This document shows positions 1 to 12,912 of a stretch of 64,000 bases of DNA, piece by piece. Below the pieces are notes generated by a model, which was not told the DNA's origin, ran no database searches, and saw only the letters and a list, made by a program, of their open reading frames with translations. The stretch is from Felis catus (taxonomy: Eukaryota), in NCBI RefSeq assembly GCF_018350175.1, contig NC_058368.1:65784001-65848000 (forward strand), in the 5' to 3' direction. How positions within the stretch are numbered: the first letter of the stretch is position 1; the number at the start of each line of letters is the position of its first letter. The translations under genes were made by a program, and so were the position numbers.

Positions 1-1142
1 ACAGAGGCGACTGCCTATACCTTCTCTGAAACTCCAACGTTACCTTAAAATGAATAGTAAAAGGAAAATGTGTGCATCCTGAAATGGATTTAAATGGAAT
101 GGGAGTGCCGAGCTCTTGGCATTCTCTGCCGCAAGACTGTATTTGGATGTAGAAGACTATCATCTCTCTATGCCAAAAAAAAAGACACATACCAAATTAT
201 TTATTGAAGCCTCTCAGGGACCCAGCCACACGTAAATGGATACAACCAGACCGCTAGGAGGCTGAAAACTCCCTTGAAACTAGAGATAAATGTGAGGAAT
301 TTCAAAATAACCACATATCAAAACTTGAAATCTGTGGGAAACTTTTTCAGCAATTTGTAATCTCCTAAATATGTGTGACAGCAACACTGACATCTTTGAA
401 CCCTGAGTAATAGGATTGCTACTGTCTCATCGCCATATACATACATCTATTTTTAATACGCAATGATATAATTTTCAGTTCAAGATAATGCATGCCACTG
501 CTCTTTAATGATAGTGATGAATAGAATATTGATTAGAAAACAGTCTAAATAACAGGTAATTGATAGGGGTGAGGGAGATGTGGCATTTTCTGTCTTCGTT
601 TTTACATAATAACTACAGATTTCTCAGCCTCAATAATATGTATCAGGCATAATCAAGAAAATGTAATATATGAATTAATTCTTTCAACAAGAATGTGTGA
701 TGCGTAAACACAGCGTTATGCTATAATTTGGCACTGCAAATGAATTTGATGCATTTACTAGTGGAAGAAAAAATATCATTTGCATAGGGAGATAGAGGAT
801 ACTGTTTAGTGTTTATAGCAAGAAATTTAAATCTTTCCATTTATTTCTTGGATGGCAGATACCCGCATCTGTGAGATCATGATATTCACAAAAATGCATC
901 CTTAAGAATCTTGTTTACTCTGATCTATGTTTAAAAGACTCATATTTTGGGAAATGTCCATTTCTGTTAGCTAAACCTGGAAAGGCACATTTGCTATTGA
1001 AATTTGTCTAGTTTTCTGAGAAAGCAAAGGTAAATGGAATGAGGAACTGAGCCAGATAGAATAATTCTTCATTTTCCAAGGTGTCGTCATTGGCATTTTT
1101 CATAAACCTGACTTCTGCTCTTCCTAAAACCTTAGTTGTGGG

Positions 1143-1168
1143 TTTGTTTGTTTGTTTGTTTGTTTGTT
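1143..1168. repeat. (TTTG)n microsatellite
   Basis: Direct reading: gtttgtttgtttgtttgtttgtttgttt. Confidence 0.9.
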
Positions 1169-2394
1169 TTTGGTCCCTTTTCTTTTCACTGTTTACTTTG
1201 AACATGTTTTTCAAAGTGTCCTGCATTTGTTGCTTTGGTCATGGCATTATGACTGGCACACAAAAATGGAACAAACAACTATTTGTAGAAACTAAGATCC
1301 TGGTCAAGATGGATTTCTTCCAAGCCAGAAGACGAAAATTGTCTCATAAGAGATTTTTAGTGGCCTTAGAGGACCTTTAAAATGTGAAGCCCTATTACTC
1401 ATTTAAATAAGAATTGGATGAAAGTACATGAAATTTTTCCTACACCTGTGCCCTATTTTCTAATCTGAGGTACTTAAGCATAGCTCCTATTCTCAAAAAT
1501 ACTTAGAGTAAATAACAGCAACACCATCCTCCTTTTCAGAAAATAGTTGAAAATCAGTAAAACACAGAAAAAGGAATGCAGAGTTGAAAACTTCTTTTTC
1601 TTATTTCTAGCGAATGCAATTTAATTATTTACAAAACAATGTAAATATATTAATTATTTGTTATGTAAATATTGTATATAATATATAACTGCATTACATA
1701 TTATTACATATTATATATTATATAAATAATATATTAATTATTAAAATAATTAGATTATTTTATATCTGCTCATTTTTGCTAAGACTTGAGAGATTCAAGA
1801 AATCTCTTGTTAATAAAAGAAGATAAGGGTGAATACCATATTTTGGAAAAAATATTTTTAACAACTTAGTGAAGGCATTATTTCTTAAAATATGTGAATT
1901 CATATATTACTATTTTTAAAAATGTTTCTGTTTTATAAAAATGTCGATTGGTAGCACTATGTGCTGTCTAGAAAACAGCTCTGGCAAAGCATTATTCTTA
2001 TTTCTGGATGTCTTCTCAGGGCATTTGATGAGGCTAATAGCCATCTTTGAGTGAAGCTTTTTCATCTATTAATGATTAGAGATCAACTTTCTCTTCTTCA
2101 TCTCAATGCTCATGGCCCTGAACACTGAAGTCGTGCCCCTCCAACCTCCCATATCTTCAGATTAAAGACGTTTATAATCGATGCCACACAGTAGTCCTCT
2201 TTACCATCCTAACAAAGAACTTGCTGTCTCCTATGATAACCATTTCCTATTTTTACCGTTGCAAATACCAACAGAATACAATCTAAATTAAGGGATATGC
2301 TAGTGGTGCATGTAATATGGCTCGAAGCCTGCCAAATGGAAGTCTTTGGGTAAATATTCGTGACTGATGGAGTGTCTGAGTGACTATGTACCTT

Positions 2395-2422
2395 ATCATC
2401 ATCATCATCATCATCATCATCA
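2395..2422. repeat. (ATC)n trinucleotide microsatellite
   Basis: Direct reading: atcatcatc... about 9 units. Confidence 0.95.
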
Positions 2423-3544
2423 CCATTTAGTTTCTCAAGCTCCTACCGATGAACTGAATATTCTTGATTCATAATAAATGGAGACTCTCAGAATAGTGGT
2501 ATTTGGTCTGGCTTTGTAGACTGAGCATCCAAGTTTTCTATAAGCACAGTGACTAGAGAAGGGTGATTTGGGTCATTGTGTGACTGTTTCTCTCCATACA
2601 TTGGTGTCCCATGACTTCTAAGTCTTTTGAAACTACAGCCTCTCATATTATTTTTAAAACAAAATTAGAATCCATGTCCTAAGCATGCCACATATTTAAT
2701 TAGAAATGTCTTTCAAACAGACCCTAAAAGGTTGTCGGCATTTTTTTTTATTCTATATGCAATTCTCATGGTGATTATTACTATCATCACTTCCCATTAT
2801 ACACAAAGATTCTCAAAGATAAAGAGGTGGAGTAGGGAAGGACAGATAGGAGGGAAATAGAGCATTCCTTGTGAGGAGTCTTATCAAAATCTCAGTTATG
2901 GACTGAAGAGTTTGAAAGAAAGAAAAACAAATTTGGACTCTAGGGATTCTGATAGCTCCATACCAAAGAACTGTGCTCATTTCTTCCCCATCCTCCACCT
3001 CCTTTAAACTCTTTAAACACCTTCTACTTTAAACTCTTCAACTGTGCCATTTTATATACATATATTAAATACATATTATGACTATAGACATACACACACA
3101 CACATACACCCAGATACACACACCCCCCCCTTATCTCTATATCTGTAATCCAAGGTAGATACCAACAGTGGTTTTTGATAGAGATACAGTGACATTCTGG
3201 CCAGTTGCCCAATCTGCAAGTCAGAACCAGGATGGGTCAAGAAGACACTGCTGTTGGCAATCCCCTGTAGACAACCAGGTGTGGGAAAGATATGGTTCAG
3301 GTGTCTTTCCTGTTATTTGAAATGTGCATAACTTCATGGAAAAATTGGTAAGGACTTCACAATGGACAACAGATGAGAGAAGCAAATTAATTAGGTGATG
3401 AGTTTTCTCCTCTCATAAGCATAATGCAGATGCCTTCCCTAATATGCCCTTGAGAATTACAACTGAACTATAGAAAAGGGAATAGTTGATAGTTGTTACT
3501 GCATCTCTTAAAGCTCAGAAAGTACTCATCATAGTGCCTATTGA

Positions 3545-3860
3545 TTAATCCTTCAAATGTTTATTTATTGACTACCTGCTATGTGCCAGGCACTCATCCA
3601 GGTTCTAGGCCCACACCAGGGATCGAAACCCATAGAGCAGTGCCAGTCTACGTGGTCTGCATGGAGTTGATAATCTCATGGAGGTGTGGTGAGTGAAGTC
3701 AGAGAGTAAATCAAATAAATGAGTGGTTTGGTAGATGATGAGAAATACTATGAAGAAAAATAAAATGAGGAGGGAGATGGGGAAAGTGGGGAGAGGAGAT
3801 TTGCAATTATGGGACCACAGGGACGACTCACTGAATTTGAGCTAAAGACGTAAAGGAGAG
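3545..3860 (-). mobile_element. L2 LINE 3' fragment
   Basis: tttattgactacctgctatgtgccaggcact is the reverse complement of the L2 3' terminal motif (gtgcctggcacatagtagg..caataaa). Degraded purine-rich L2 body follows. Confidence 0.7.
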
Positions 3861-4713
3861 GAGCTGAATTATGATATTACCCTCAATTTGGGGCTTTCAC
3901 TGTCCCCTTCAAGTTGCAGGTGACATAAGTTGTTCGGTTGTGTTCAATAATCATTAAGACAGTTGTAAAGCTTTTTAAAATATATAAGCTTATAGAGAAG
4001 GCTACGGCAATGAGACATCATTCTATACAGCCACGGTCTAGTTTGAATTATATTTATAATTTTTCCTGGATGTACATTTTAAGTGACATGTTCTAAGCAA
4101 CACTTGTGCAGGAAAATGAGGCCAGATTAGGGTATGTAAAAAAGTAGCCACCTAAACTAAACATGTAGCTGAAACTAAATTACTTACTTTATAAACATTT
4201 CAAATGTCAGAATCTAATTCTGTAGACAAGTATTTTCTAAAACACTGTGCAGCAATTAAGGATAAAGACTGAAAGAAAGTCAAGGTCAAGAAGCAGCATT
4301 CTGTAATTAGGCCAGAGTTAAGGCAGCTCTTTGCTAGGAGGAATTCATAACATGTTCAGAATGATAAGTGGGGCTGAAATTGATAAACAGTTTAATATTA
4401 CAATTGCTTTGTTGTACTCTGATGGTATCACATTTGCTAAACAATGCAAATCCTTTATGAGATAAAATCTCCTGATCATATTTCCAAGCTTTTAGTAGAA
4501 AGCAAATGACAGTTCAGGTTGCAAGATAGATTAGATGAATTTAGTACTAATTCCAAAGAACAAAGATCTAAAGTGATTGAAAAATAAATTCAACTCCAAA
4601 AGTAGTTAATGCAGAGCTGAAAACTTCACAGTCCCACTTACAACCTGGGATGTTGTGGCAAATTTCAAGACAGAGCTTCAAAAGGTCATTTATTTCATGT
4701 GAAAAACGATTTC

Positions 4714-4938
4714 TTTTATTATTTTTATTTTTTTTAATGTTTATTTATTTTTGAGAGATAGAGACAGAGGGTGAGTGGGGGAGGGGCAGAGAGAGGGAGG
4801 GAGACACAGAATCCAGAGCAGGCTCCAGGCTCTAAGCTGTCAGCACAGAGCCCGATGCAGGGCTCGAACCCACAGACCATGAGATCGTGACCTGAGCTGA
4901 AGTCAGACACTTAACTGGCTGAGCCATCCAAGCACCCC
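4714..4938 (-). mobile_element. Can-SINE (felid SINEC_Fc-like)
   Basis: T-rich tail, (GA)-rich segment, ...gagccatccaagcacccc head on the minus strand. Confidence 0.95.
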
Positions 4939-5604
4939 AAAAACCTCTTTTCTTTTAAAGGAGAAAATCATGTTTGTAACATGACTGGTACTGGGAAAGC
5001 AATAAGCAACTTTTTTATTAGTTGTTTTTTTTTTTTAATTTAGAAGTGGAATTTGAAGTTATTTATCTTATAATTACTTAGGAAGCCAAATATTTAATAT
5101 ACACAATATATTATAAATTTTTTTTTCTCACTTTGCCTGAATATGTATACGATGTAGATACTCTTCCGGAATGTTCTTAATCTCCACAACAAGATACGGA
5201 GCCAGGGAGCATGTTATTTCATCCTTGTTAGAATGCTGCCACCCCTTCTCCACACCCCCATTTCGTATATGCTTGTTGTCATTACTTCTCTTGCAAACTT
5301 TGAGATTTGATGAACCGCTTTGAAGGATAGACGGTATAGCCCCACAGAGCTTAACCTGTACTCTCTATTCATCTCCCTACATCTGTCTTTAGTTTCTACA
5401 ATATCTCCATGCCTGTACTCTCTTGTAGAAACAATGTTAATGATGGATAAAGAAAGGAAATAAAACCCAGGATCATTTGTGGCTTTTTACTATTAGTTTT
5501 AATTTTCTCCATAAACTAATCCGTGCTCTCTCCTTACACTCTTACTCTGCTTGACCTATGTGTGGTGTTAGACAGTATAATCCGTATGTTGAACTCTCAC
5601 TATG

Positions 5605-6070
5605 TTTTTTTTTTTTAATGTTTATTTATTTTGAGAGAGAGAGAGACAAAAAGAGAGAGAGAACAGGGAAGGAGTAGAGAGGGAGGGGATAGAGAATCCC
5701 AAGCAGAGTCAGCATTATCAGCCTGGAGCCTGAAGTGGGGCTTGATCTTAAGAACTGTGAGAACATCGGGGCGCCTGGGTGGCGCAGTCGGTTAAGCGTC
5801 CGACTTCAGCCAGGTCACGATCTCGCGGTCCGGGAGTTCGAGCCCCGCATCAGGCTCTGGGCTGATGGCTCAGAGCCTGGAGCCTGTTTCCGATTCTGTG
5901 TCTCCCTCTCTCTCTGCCCCTCCCCCGCTCATGCTCTGTCTCTCTCTGTCCCAAAAATAAAAATAAACGTTGAAAAAAAAATTAAAAAAAAAAAAAAAGA
6001 ACTGTGAGAACATGACCTGAGCCAAAATCAAGAGTCAGATGCTCAACTGACTGAGCCACCCAGGCGCCCC
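5605..6070 (-). mobile_element. Older Can-SINE split by a nested SINE (pieces ~5605-5766 and ~5997-6070)
   Basis: Poly-T and (GA) tail at 5605-5700; head ...gagccacccaggcgcccc ends at 6070. The sequence is continuous once 5767-6013 is removed. Confidence 0.92.
5768..5996 (+). mobile_element. Young SINEC_Fc inserted inside another SINE
   Basis: ggggcgcctgggtggcgcagtcggttaagcgtccgacttcagccagg..., CpGs intact, long A tail, 17-bp TSD aagaactgtgagaacat at 5750-5766 and 5997-6013. Confidence 0.97.
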
Positions 6071-6255
6071 TGTCATTGGTTTATTACAGACTTTTTTAGT
6101 TCTCCAAATTCTCTGGCTAATTGTCTCTCATCTTACATTGTTTCCCTCAAGTTGTGATTCCTCCACATGTTGTAATTTCCACTATGTAAAAAGGATGATA
6201 TTTTCTCTGCTGGTATTTGAATGCCAATAAAAAATAGCCAGCAAAATGAAACATT

Positions 6256-6266
6256 TTATATGTGTA

Positions 6267-6300
<34 letters not shown>

Positions 6301-6440
6301 GTGTGTGTGTGTGTTTTGTTTCATTACATACATACATTATATATATGTATATATATGTTTTTGTTTTGTTTCATTATATACATACATATATATAATGCGT
6401 ATGTGTGTATGTATATATGTATATATTATGTGTATATAGT
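6256..6440. repeat. Compound (TA)n/(TG)n low-complexity tract
   Basis: Direct reading; includes a repeated ttttgtttcatta(c/t)ata motif. Confidence 0.85.
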
Positions 6441-6745
6441 GCAATTGCAGAAAAGAATATTACATGTCAAATGTGTTGAGAACTGCTTGATTAGTCATAT
6501 CCGGTATTAATTGACCCTCTATAAGTCCTAGACTACATTCTACTGACTGTTTTAGAAGGAAGAGTATGTACTAATTTTGACATTTGAAATAAAAAATACT
6601 TTGTGATGTCGATGCTTCTATTTGTGGAGATTTGTCTTGAAACTGGTAATTTAGAATGTGAATATCTCAATGTGGGAGGAATGTGGAGATAATACGATTT
6701 CACCAAAATGTGCCAAATGAGGTTCATTTAAATATAAAGATGATT

Positions 6746-6928
6746 AGAGCCCCTGGTGGCACAGTCTGTTAAGCCTCTGACTCTTGATTTTGGCTCGGGT
6801 TATGATCTTGGGGTGGTGAGATCGAGCCCCACATCCCCACATTGGGCTCCATCCTGGGTGTGGAGCCTGCTTGGGATTTTCTTTCTCCCTCTTCCTCTGC
6901 CCCTCCCCAGCTTGTGCAAGCATGTGCG

Positions 6929-6974
<46 letters not shown>

Positions 6975-7000
6975 CGAGATAAATGAATAAACAAATAAAT
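6746..7000 (+). mobile_element. Can-SINE
   Basis: tRNA-like head, (CT)n segment, A-rich tail; TSD aaatataaagatgatt at 6730-6745 and 7001-7016. Confidence 0.93.
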
Positions 7001-7369
7001 AAATATAAAGATGATTGAGTTTAACTCATACGATGCTGAACTTGCTTCTGTTTTGATGGTCTTTTAAAATGAGCAGATACCTCCTGTAGTTCATTGCCAG
7101 GTAAAGAGTTGGGGAAAACTGGGTCTAAAATAAAGATTTCTTAATTAGTAATCTGCCTTGTTCTGTTTGTGTTGTGCTTCCAGCAAAGGTTACAGACATC
7201 GTGTAATTGGAATTTGGCAAACATTTTTCAAGTATCTCATGATAAGCTCTGAATAAGATGGATAAATGTGGGCCAGATGACAGGACAGACAAGTGGATTT
7301 GTGGCTGACTACAGTTGTACCCTGGTGCTTGATTAATGCATTGATATCAGCGTAGAGGTTGACGTCCAA

Positions 7370-7590
7370 TGTCATTCCTCTGGGCGCTGTTTTTGGCCAT
7401 GTTTTCTAGTTCATCACTTTAATCAAAGATCTGCATGACGACAGGGAGCATGCTCATCAAATTTGCTAATGATAGCAGGTTTGGAGAAAATTAATATACA
7501 GGTGACAGAATCAATCTTCAAGTGCTTTCAACAGGCTGAAGAAATGGGTGCAAACAAATGACATGCATTTGTCAATAAAATATTGGTGCT
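7370..7590 (+). mobile_element. CR1/L3 LINE reverse-transcriptase fossil
   Basis: Piecewise translation with frameshifts gives VIPLGAVFGHV / FITLIKDLHDD / SMLIKFANDSRFGE / DRINLQ / FNRLKKWVQTNDMHF. This parallels the CR1 RT motifs GVPQGSVLGPV / FNIFINDLDD / SMLIKFADDTKLGG / DR..IQ / LDRLE.W...N.M.F. Confidence 0.85.
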
Positions 7591-7675
7591 CAACACTGGG
7601 GACTCAAGCACTGGTATGCATAGCAGCCTGAAGAAGGGACTAAGCCGGCTTCAGTGCAGAGAAATGAGTGGTTTC

Positions 7676-7764
7676 TCTCTCCTCTCCTCTCCTCTCCTCT
7701 CCTCTCCTCTCCTCTCCTCTCCTCTCCTCTCCTCTCCTCTCCTCTCCTCTCCTCTCCTCTCTCT
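7676..7764. repeat. (CCTCT)n pentanucleotide microsatellite
   Basis: 16 perfect CCTCT units at 7681-7760 with CT flanks. Confidence 0.98.
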
Positions 7765-8949
7765 AAATGGAGAGAGAAGTTGTAGTGGACACACGCAGGA
7801 TCCCACAGGGAGCAGGGAGGGAGTCTGAGGCTGTAGGAGCAGAATGTGGGTGCATCAATGAAACAGAGCGTAACTAGATGCCAGGAGGGGATGAGGGAAA
7901 TGGTGGACTGTGGACGACTTTTGGACTTTAAGATTCTGGTTTGTGGGACATCCCAGGGTGGAACAGACTGATGCAGATATGGTCGACCAAGTGGTGTAGG
8001 AGAAACAGCAAAGGTATGATGTCCAAAAGACCTGGGCTCAAATATGGTCTCTAACACTTAGAGTTAAGTGTTTGAACTTAATTGTCCTGAGTGTCAGTTT
8101 TCTTAACTATAAAATGTGGCCAATACTGTTTATTTTGATAGATAAAAAATGATAAATCATTATTTAAAACAAGCATTTTTTAATTCATTAGCTTTGACTG
8201 TTCATCATCAGATTAAAAATTTTCTCTATACTCATCAGTAAATTTTTTACTGTGACTCTTGCACTGTTCCCCTGTTCCAATTTTCCTTGTTTATAGGTTT
8301 TTCCTCTTTTGAAAAACATAGATAAATAAATAACTTAAATTTGCCTGTTTTATTAGGCTCTTGAATGGGCCAACTCTTTGTTTACATTATCCTGATTTTT
8401 AATGCTTTCTAATACATTTACTGCCCCTTTCATCTTTCTTATTTCCTTTCTTTTATTTTTTTTCCTAACCAAGATCTTAAGATCTATTATTTTGTTAATT
8501 TCTTCTTTTCCTTGTTAAGTACTAGAAACATTTAAAATTATGAATGCCTCTCTGTGTACTACTTTAACCATTATGTAGTATATAGTCTTCCCATTAGTAT
8601 TATTTCTAAGGTAAGTTTATTTCTATCCTGGCCAAATTACTATTTGGGAACATGGATCTTAAGCATTTTAAGGGTTTTTTTTTCTGTTTTTGTTTGTTTG
8701 TTTGTTTTGCTGATACTTAAAGGCATTCATTTTTTAATTGACTTCACTGAAATTCACATGGAATTTCTGATTTTTATATTTGCTGAGTTTCCAATATATA
8801 AAAATATTTTAGGATATAGGTTTATTTCCCAATTGAGAGAGCTTTGTTTTTTTTATACTGTGTATTAATCCATTCTGTGTTATCTCAGTTTTTGCTGATG
8901 TGTTTGTTGGCAGATAGGTAGCAATTTTTTGCCTCCTGTGGAATTTGAC

Positions 8950-10075
8950 GCTATTGACTCTTGCACCAGGGAAGTCTCTATCCCCCTGATTTGCATGCCC
9001 CCTCTTCCTTCTGACTTCCTGCTTCTCTGAACATTGTTTCTTCTTTTGTCTCTTCCTCAGCTCACCCCTTCCAACCACGGGCACTCTCCACCCTTCCTAA
9101 GTCATTCCTATGAGTTTTATCCCTGCTACGCCTGAATGGCTTTGCTTCACTTCTCAGTGCCGGCCTCTGATGTCTCTAGTGGACTTCTCTACCTGGATTC
9201 CCACCAGGACTTTCAACTCAGGATGTTCCAGACTAAACCCATTGCCTTCTCCAAACCTACTTTCCTCAGTCTCTTTCTGCTGCTCAATTACTCCACTTTT
9301 ATAAGCAAGAAAAACAGGGCGTTGCCCCTTCATCTGACATCAAGTGTTGTCAGTTTTGTGACATCAGTGTAGCACTCAAATCTGTATTGTCCTCTCTGCA
9401 CCATTGCTGGGAGCCTCACTCACTTCCATGGCCTTCCCACCTCCAATCTCATCCCAAGCTCAGTCCATTCCCAACATTCACGTGAGGGTTCACCATCAAC
9501 ATACAAACTCAACTTAATATTATTTCCTGGGCAAAACCGGTCCTAGACTCCCAGTTCCTCCCAGAATAGACTTTAGGCTGCTTAAGCTTGCTTACCTGAT
9601 TTGTCTGTTCATACTCTGTCCCTTTTTGCCTTCCAGCCCCATTTCGACCATTCTTCTTCTTACCCTGTGCACTCCACAACTGCTAGCCCCTGAGCTGTTC
9701 TGAGTTCTGTGCTCTGTGCTTTGACACTGTTTCTTCTCTCTGCCTGCAGCATCTCCCCTTTGGCCTCCTACTTGACCTAAAAAGTGTTTATTATCCCCTA
9801 GAGTACTCTCCAACATCCTCATCTATGATCCTGTCTAATGCTCCCTCCTGTCCTCATGCCGTGATTTAAAGCACTGCCTTCTCTATACTAGGTCTTTACC
9901 TTGCATAAGCTTAATGTTTCCATTATTGCGCTTAGCAAATGTTACTACAGTTTTCTGTGTAGAAGCCTTCTTCTCTCTTAGATTGTGACATTTTTAGGGG
10001 AAGAAATGGGTCTTATTCACATCTGTATTCACAGTGCTTAGTATAGTGCCTGGCTCATAATATGACTTGATAATG
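8950..10075 (+). mobile_element. L2 LINE 3' portion
   Basis: Pyrimidine-rich L2-like body (tctctacctggattccc...ttcaactcaggatgttccagac) ending in cacagtgcttagtatagtgcctggctcata, an L2 3' end. Confidence 0.75.
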
Positions 10076-10089
10076 TAAAAATAAAAAAG

Positions 10090-11560
10090 TGTTAAACCAT
10101 CATATTTGGTGGATGGAAATACGATGTTGTGATTTTCTTATGATTGATTGTCTTCTATAATGGTATGATAATCTTCTTTAATCTAATGTCATACTTACTG
10201 CCTTCAGTCCTACTTTGGCTAATATTACCAACCACATGCTTCTTTTGTTCAGATGTGATTGATAGATCTTGGTTGAATATTTTATTTTTAGTCATTTAAT
10301 GACATATTGCTTTGTAAGCAGACAATTGTTGAATTTTTCAATGCAATCTGAGAATCTCTGCCTTTTACATGAGGTGAGGGAGACAGTTTCATGCTTAATG
10401 TGATAATTTCTATTTTTTGTCTCCTACTTCTCTAGCTTTGCATTTCCACCATTTTTTTTTTTGTAATTTAAGATTTCTCTTTGCTCTTCTTTTTATTTTC
10501 GTGTGGAATTTGCCATGTTTTCTTCTCTCTCTAAGTGTAAAGTTTATCACTCAATGTTTAATCAATGCCTATTTTAGAATACTCTACAGTGTTCTGAATT
10601 CTATGCCTTCTTCTCGTTTTGTAAATGATAAAGACTTTGCTCCCTTTTGGCTTCATACGCCACTCTTCTCCTGGATCTGCTTCCACCCTTATTTAATCTG
10701 GATTTAACAATTCTTTAAATTGAATAATACCACTAGCATTAATCTGCAGAGTTCATATTTACTTATGTTTTCAATTAGTAGTGTATTCTCTGGTAATCAG
10801 TATAATGCCTGGTAAAGATTCTCCAGCAGATATTAGAGTAGATCTTTTTATGTAGTGAATTTTCTAGGTCTTTCAAAGCATAAGAATGTCTTGCTTTCAT
10901 ACATGAAAGAACACTAATAATACTGTAGGTTCGAGTAGATGTTGCTTTTTTATTTTTATACTTATACTTTTTCTAGAGAAACACCAAAAAGTCTGATATA
11001 TATTTCATAACAGTTTATCTACATTTTTTTTTATTTTTTAGAAGCATATAGAGTACTGTTCCTTCTTTGTATTATTTCCTTAAAATGAGGCTCTGAGTTG
11101 GATTCGGTTTCTGATTGTTATACATAAGAATCAAAGATGCTATTTCAAGTCTGACTTCTTTCTCAGTTATGAAATATTCAATCAACCACATCAATACACA
11201 TTTTTCCAAAATTATTATTATTGCATATGGAATCCTAATCTCCACTTTTCAGATGTTTCAACCTCTTTCATGTTTTCTTCATTATTTCGTGTCTTTAGTA
11301 CTGGATTTTTAAAGTATATGTTGTCTTTAATTGTTTTGACTTTAAATTATTATTAATAATATATTGCAAGTCATATTTTTCTAACCTATTTATCTCCTTG
11401 TAAGATATTTCAATCTTACTATATTTTAATTTTACACATCTTGGAGACGGTCAATTTTAGATTTGACTCCAAGAAATTCACTGTCTTCTACATTGCTGTG
11501 ATTCAGATATTTTTTCCTTTGGTCTTGCTTGCTTATTCTTCTTTTTAATCTTTGACTTGC
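10090..11560 (-). mobile_element. Old L1 (L1M-type) fragments
   Basis: Long T-rich degraded tract with L1-antisense-like motifs (caatctgagaatctctgccttt). A similar tract lies at ~8150-8900. Confidence 0.5.
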
Positions 11561-11820
11561 TGCTTTTTAAAAGAAGGTTTACTAAGTAGTTTTCTGAGGA
11601 AAGATTTCTTGCAACACAACCCACCATCATACTAAGAGTCTCAATTTATTTTCAAACAGATTATATTAAATATTTCATACTTTAACAATAAAGCAATTTT
11701 TATAACAATTTTATGAAACATACAAAACTACAAAATATGTGTCACATATATATGGAAAGAGAAGGAGAAGGGGAGAGGGAGAAAGATTATTTCCATAATA
11801 CATATAGAGTTCTACAAATA

Positions 11821-12033
11821 TTTAATGTGTGTGTGTGTGTGTGTGTCTGTGTGTGTATTTTTTAGAGAGAGAGAAAGAGAGCGTGCAAGCAGGGAAGAAG
11901 GGCAGAGGGAGTGAGAGAGAGAATCCCAGGCAGGTTCCACGCTCAACACAGGCTTGACATGGGTTTGATCCCACAACTCTGGGATCATGACCTGAGCTCA
12001 GACACTCAACTAACTGTGCCACCCAGGTGCCCC
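11821..12033 (-). mobile_element. Can-SINE with (CA)n in its tail
   Basis: Head ...gccacccaggtgcccc; TSD gagttctacaaa at 11807-11818 and 12036-12047. Confidence 0.93.
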
Positions 12034-12629
12034 AGGAGTTCTACAAAAATTACTGTTAACATTAATAATAAAATGTGACGTTCCCAGGGATATAAGCAAA
12101 GGTCTTAAGCTAGTATTGTCCCTCAAAAAGCCAAGAGTCAATAGTAACATAGAAATTCTTCAACCTCACTAGTAATGAAAGAAATACAAAGTGAAATGAT
12201 AAAATATTGTTCTATTTCTAACCAATTGCAATGGATTAAAATCCTTTCATTTTAGAGAGATTAAGGATGAAATGGGCATTTACAAATATGCTTATTGAGG
12301 TGTTCTAACCTTCTGGATTGCAACTTTGGGTAATAATGTCCACTTGTTTTTAGAGCTATTCCGAATTTTCCAAATTTTCTACAACAAAGAACAGAAAGTT
12401 GTAACAAAGAAAATACAGTGTATGCTTAAGCCTGATAATAAATGGTGAAGAGAAAAATACACTTGGTGAAATGGTCAGGGAACGCATCCTAGAATAAACA
12501 GAATTTAAGCAGTGTCTCTATGAATTGGTGAGATTCATCTATGAAGACAATGGAAGGCAAAGCCTACTTTAGGTCAAGGAAAAGAGATTAGCAAAGATAA
12601 AAAAGATGAGTGCTTAGGTACTTGACTGT

Positions 12630-12830
12630 GTTTAAGGAGGTAGACCTTAAATGTTATCACCATATTACATATACACTCAGGTACACAGTCATCATTATAT
12701 GAAGGGATAGAAATATTAACTAACCTTATTGTGGTAATCATTTTGCAATATATACATGTATCTTGTCATCTTATTGTATACCTTAAACTTGCATATGTTG
12801 TAACTTAATCATGGCTCAATAAAGTTGGGA
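12630..12830 (+). mobile_element. L1 (L1MA-like) 3' UTR end
   Basis: gtagaccttaaatgtt...ttgtggtaatcattttgcaatatatacatgtatc...tataccttaaactt...ctcaataaagttgg. Confidence 0.85.
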
Positions 12831-12834
12831 CAAT

Positions 12835-12880
12835 TTTTGAAAATAAAATGAATGACAAAACAATAGATGGGCAAAATCTT

Positions 12881-12912
<32 letters not shown>

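Noticed and set aside
7590..8057. 155-aa ORF with ERRGE repeats
   Set aside because: It stays open because it crosses the (CCTCT)n microsatellite.
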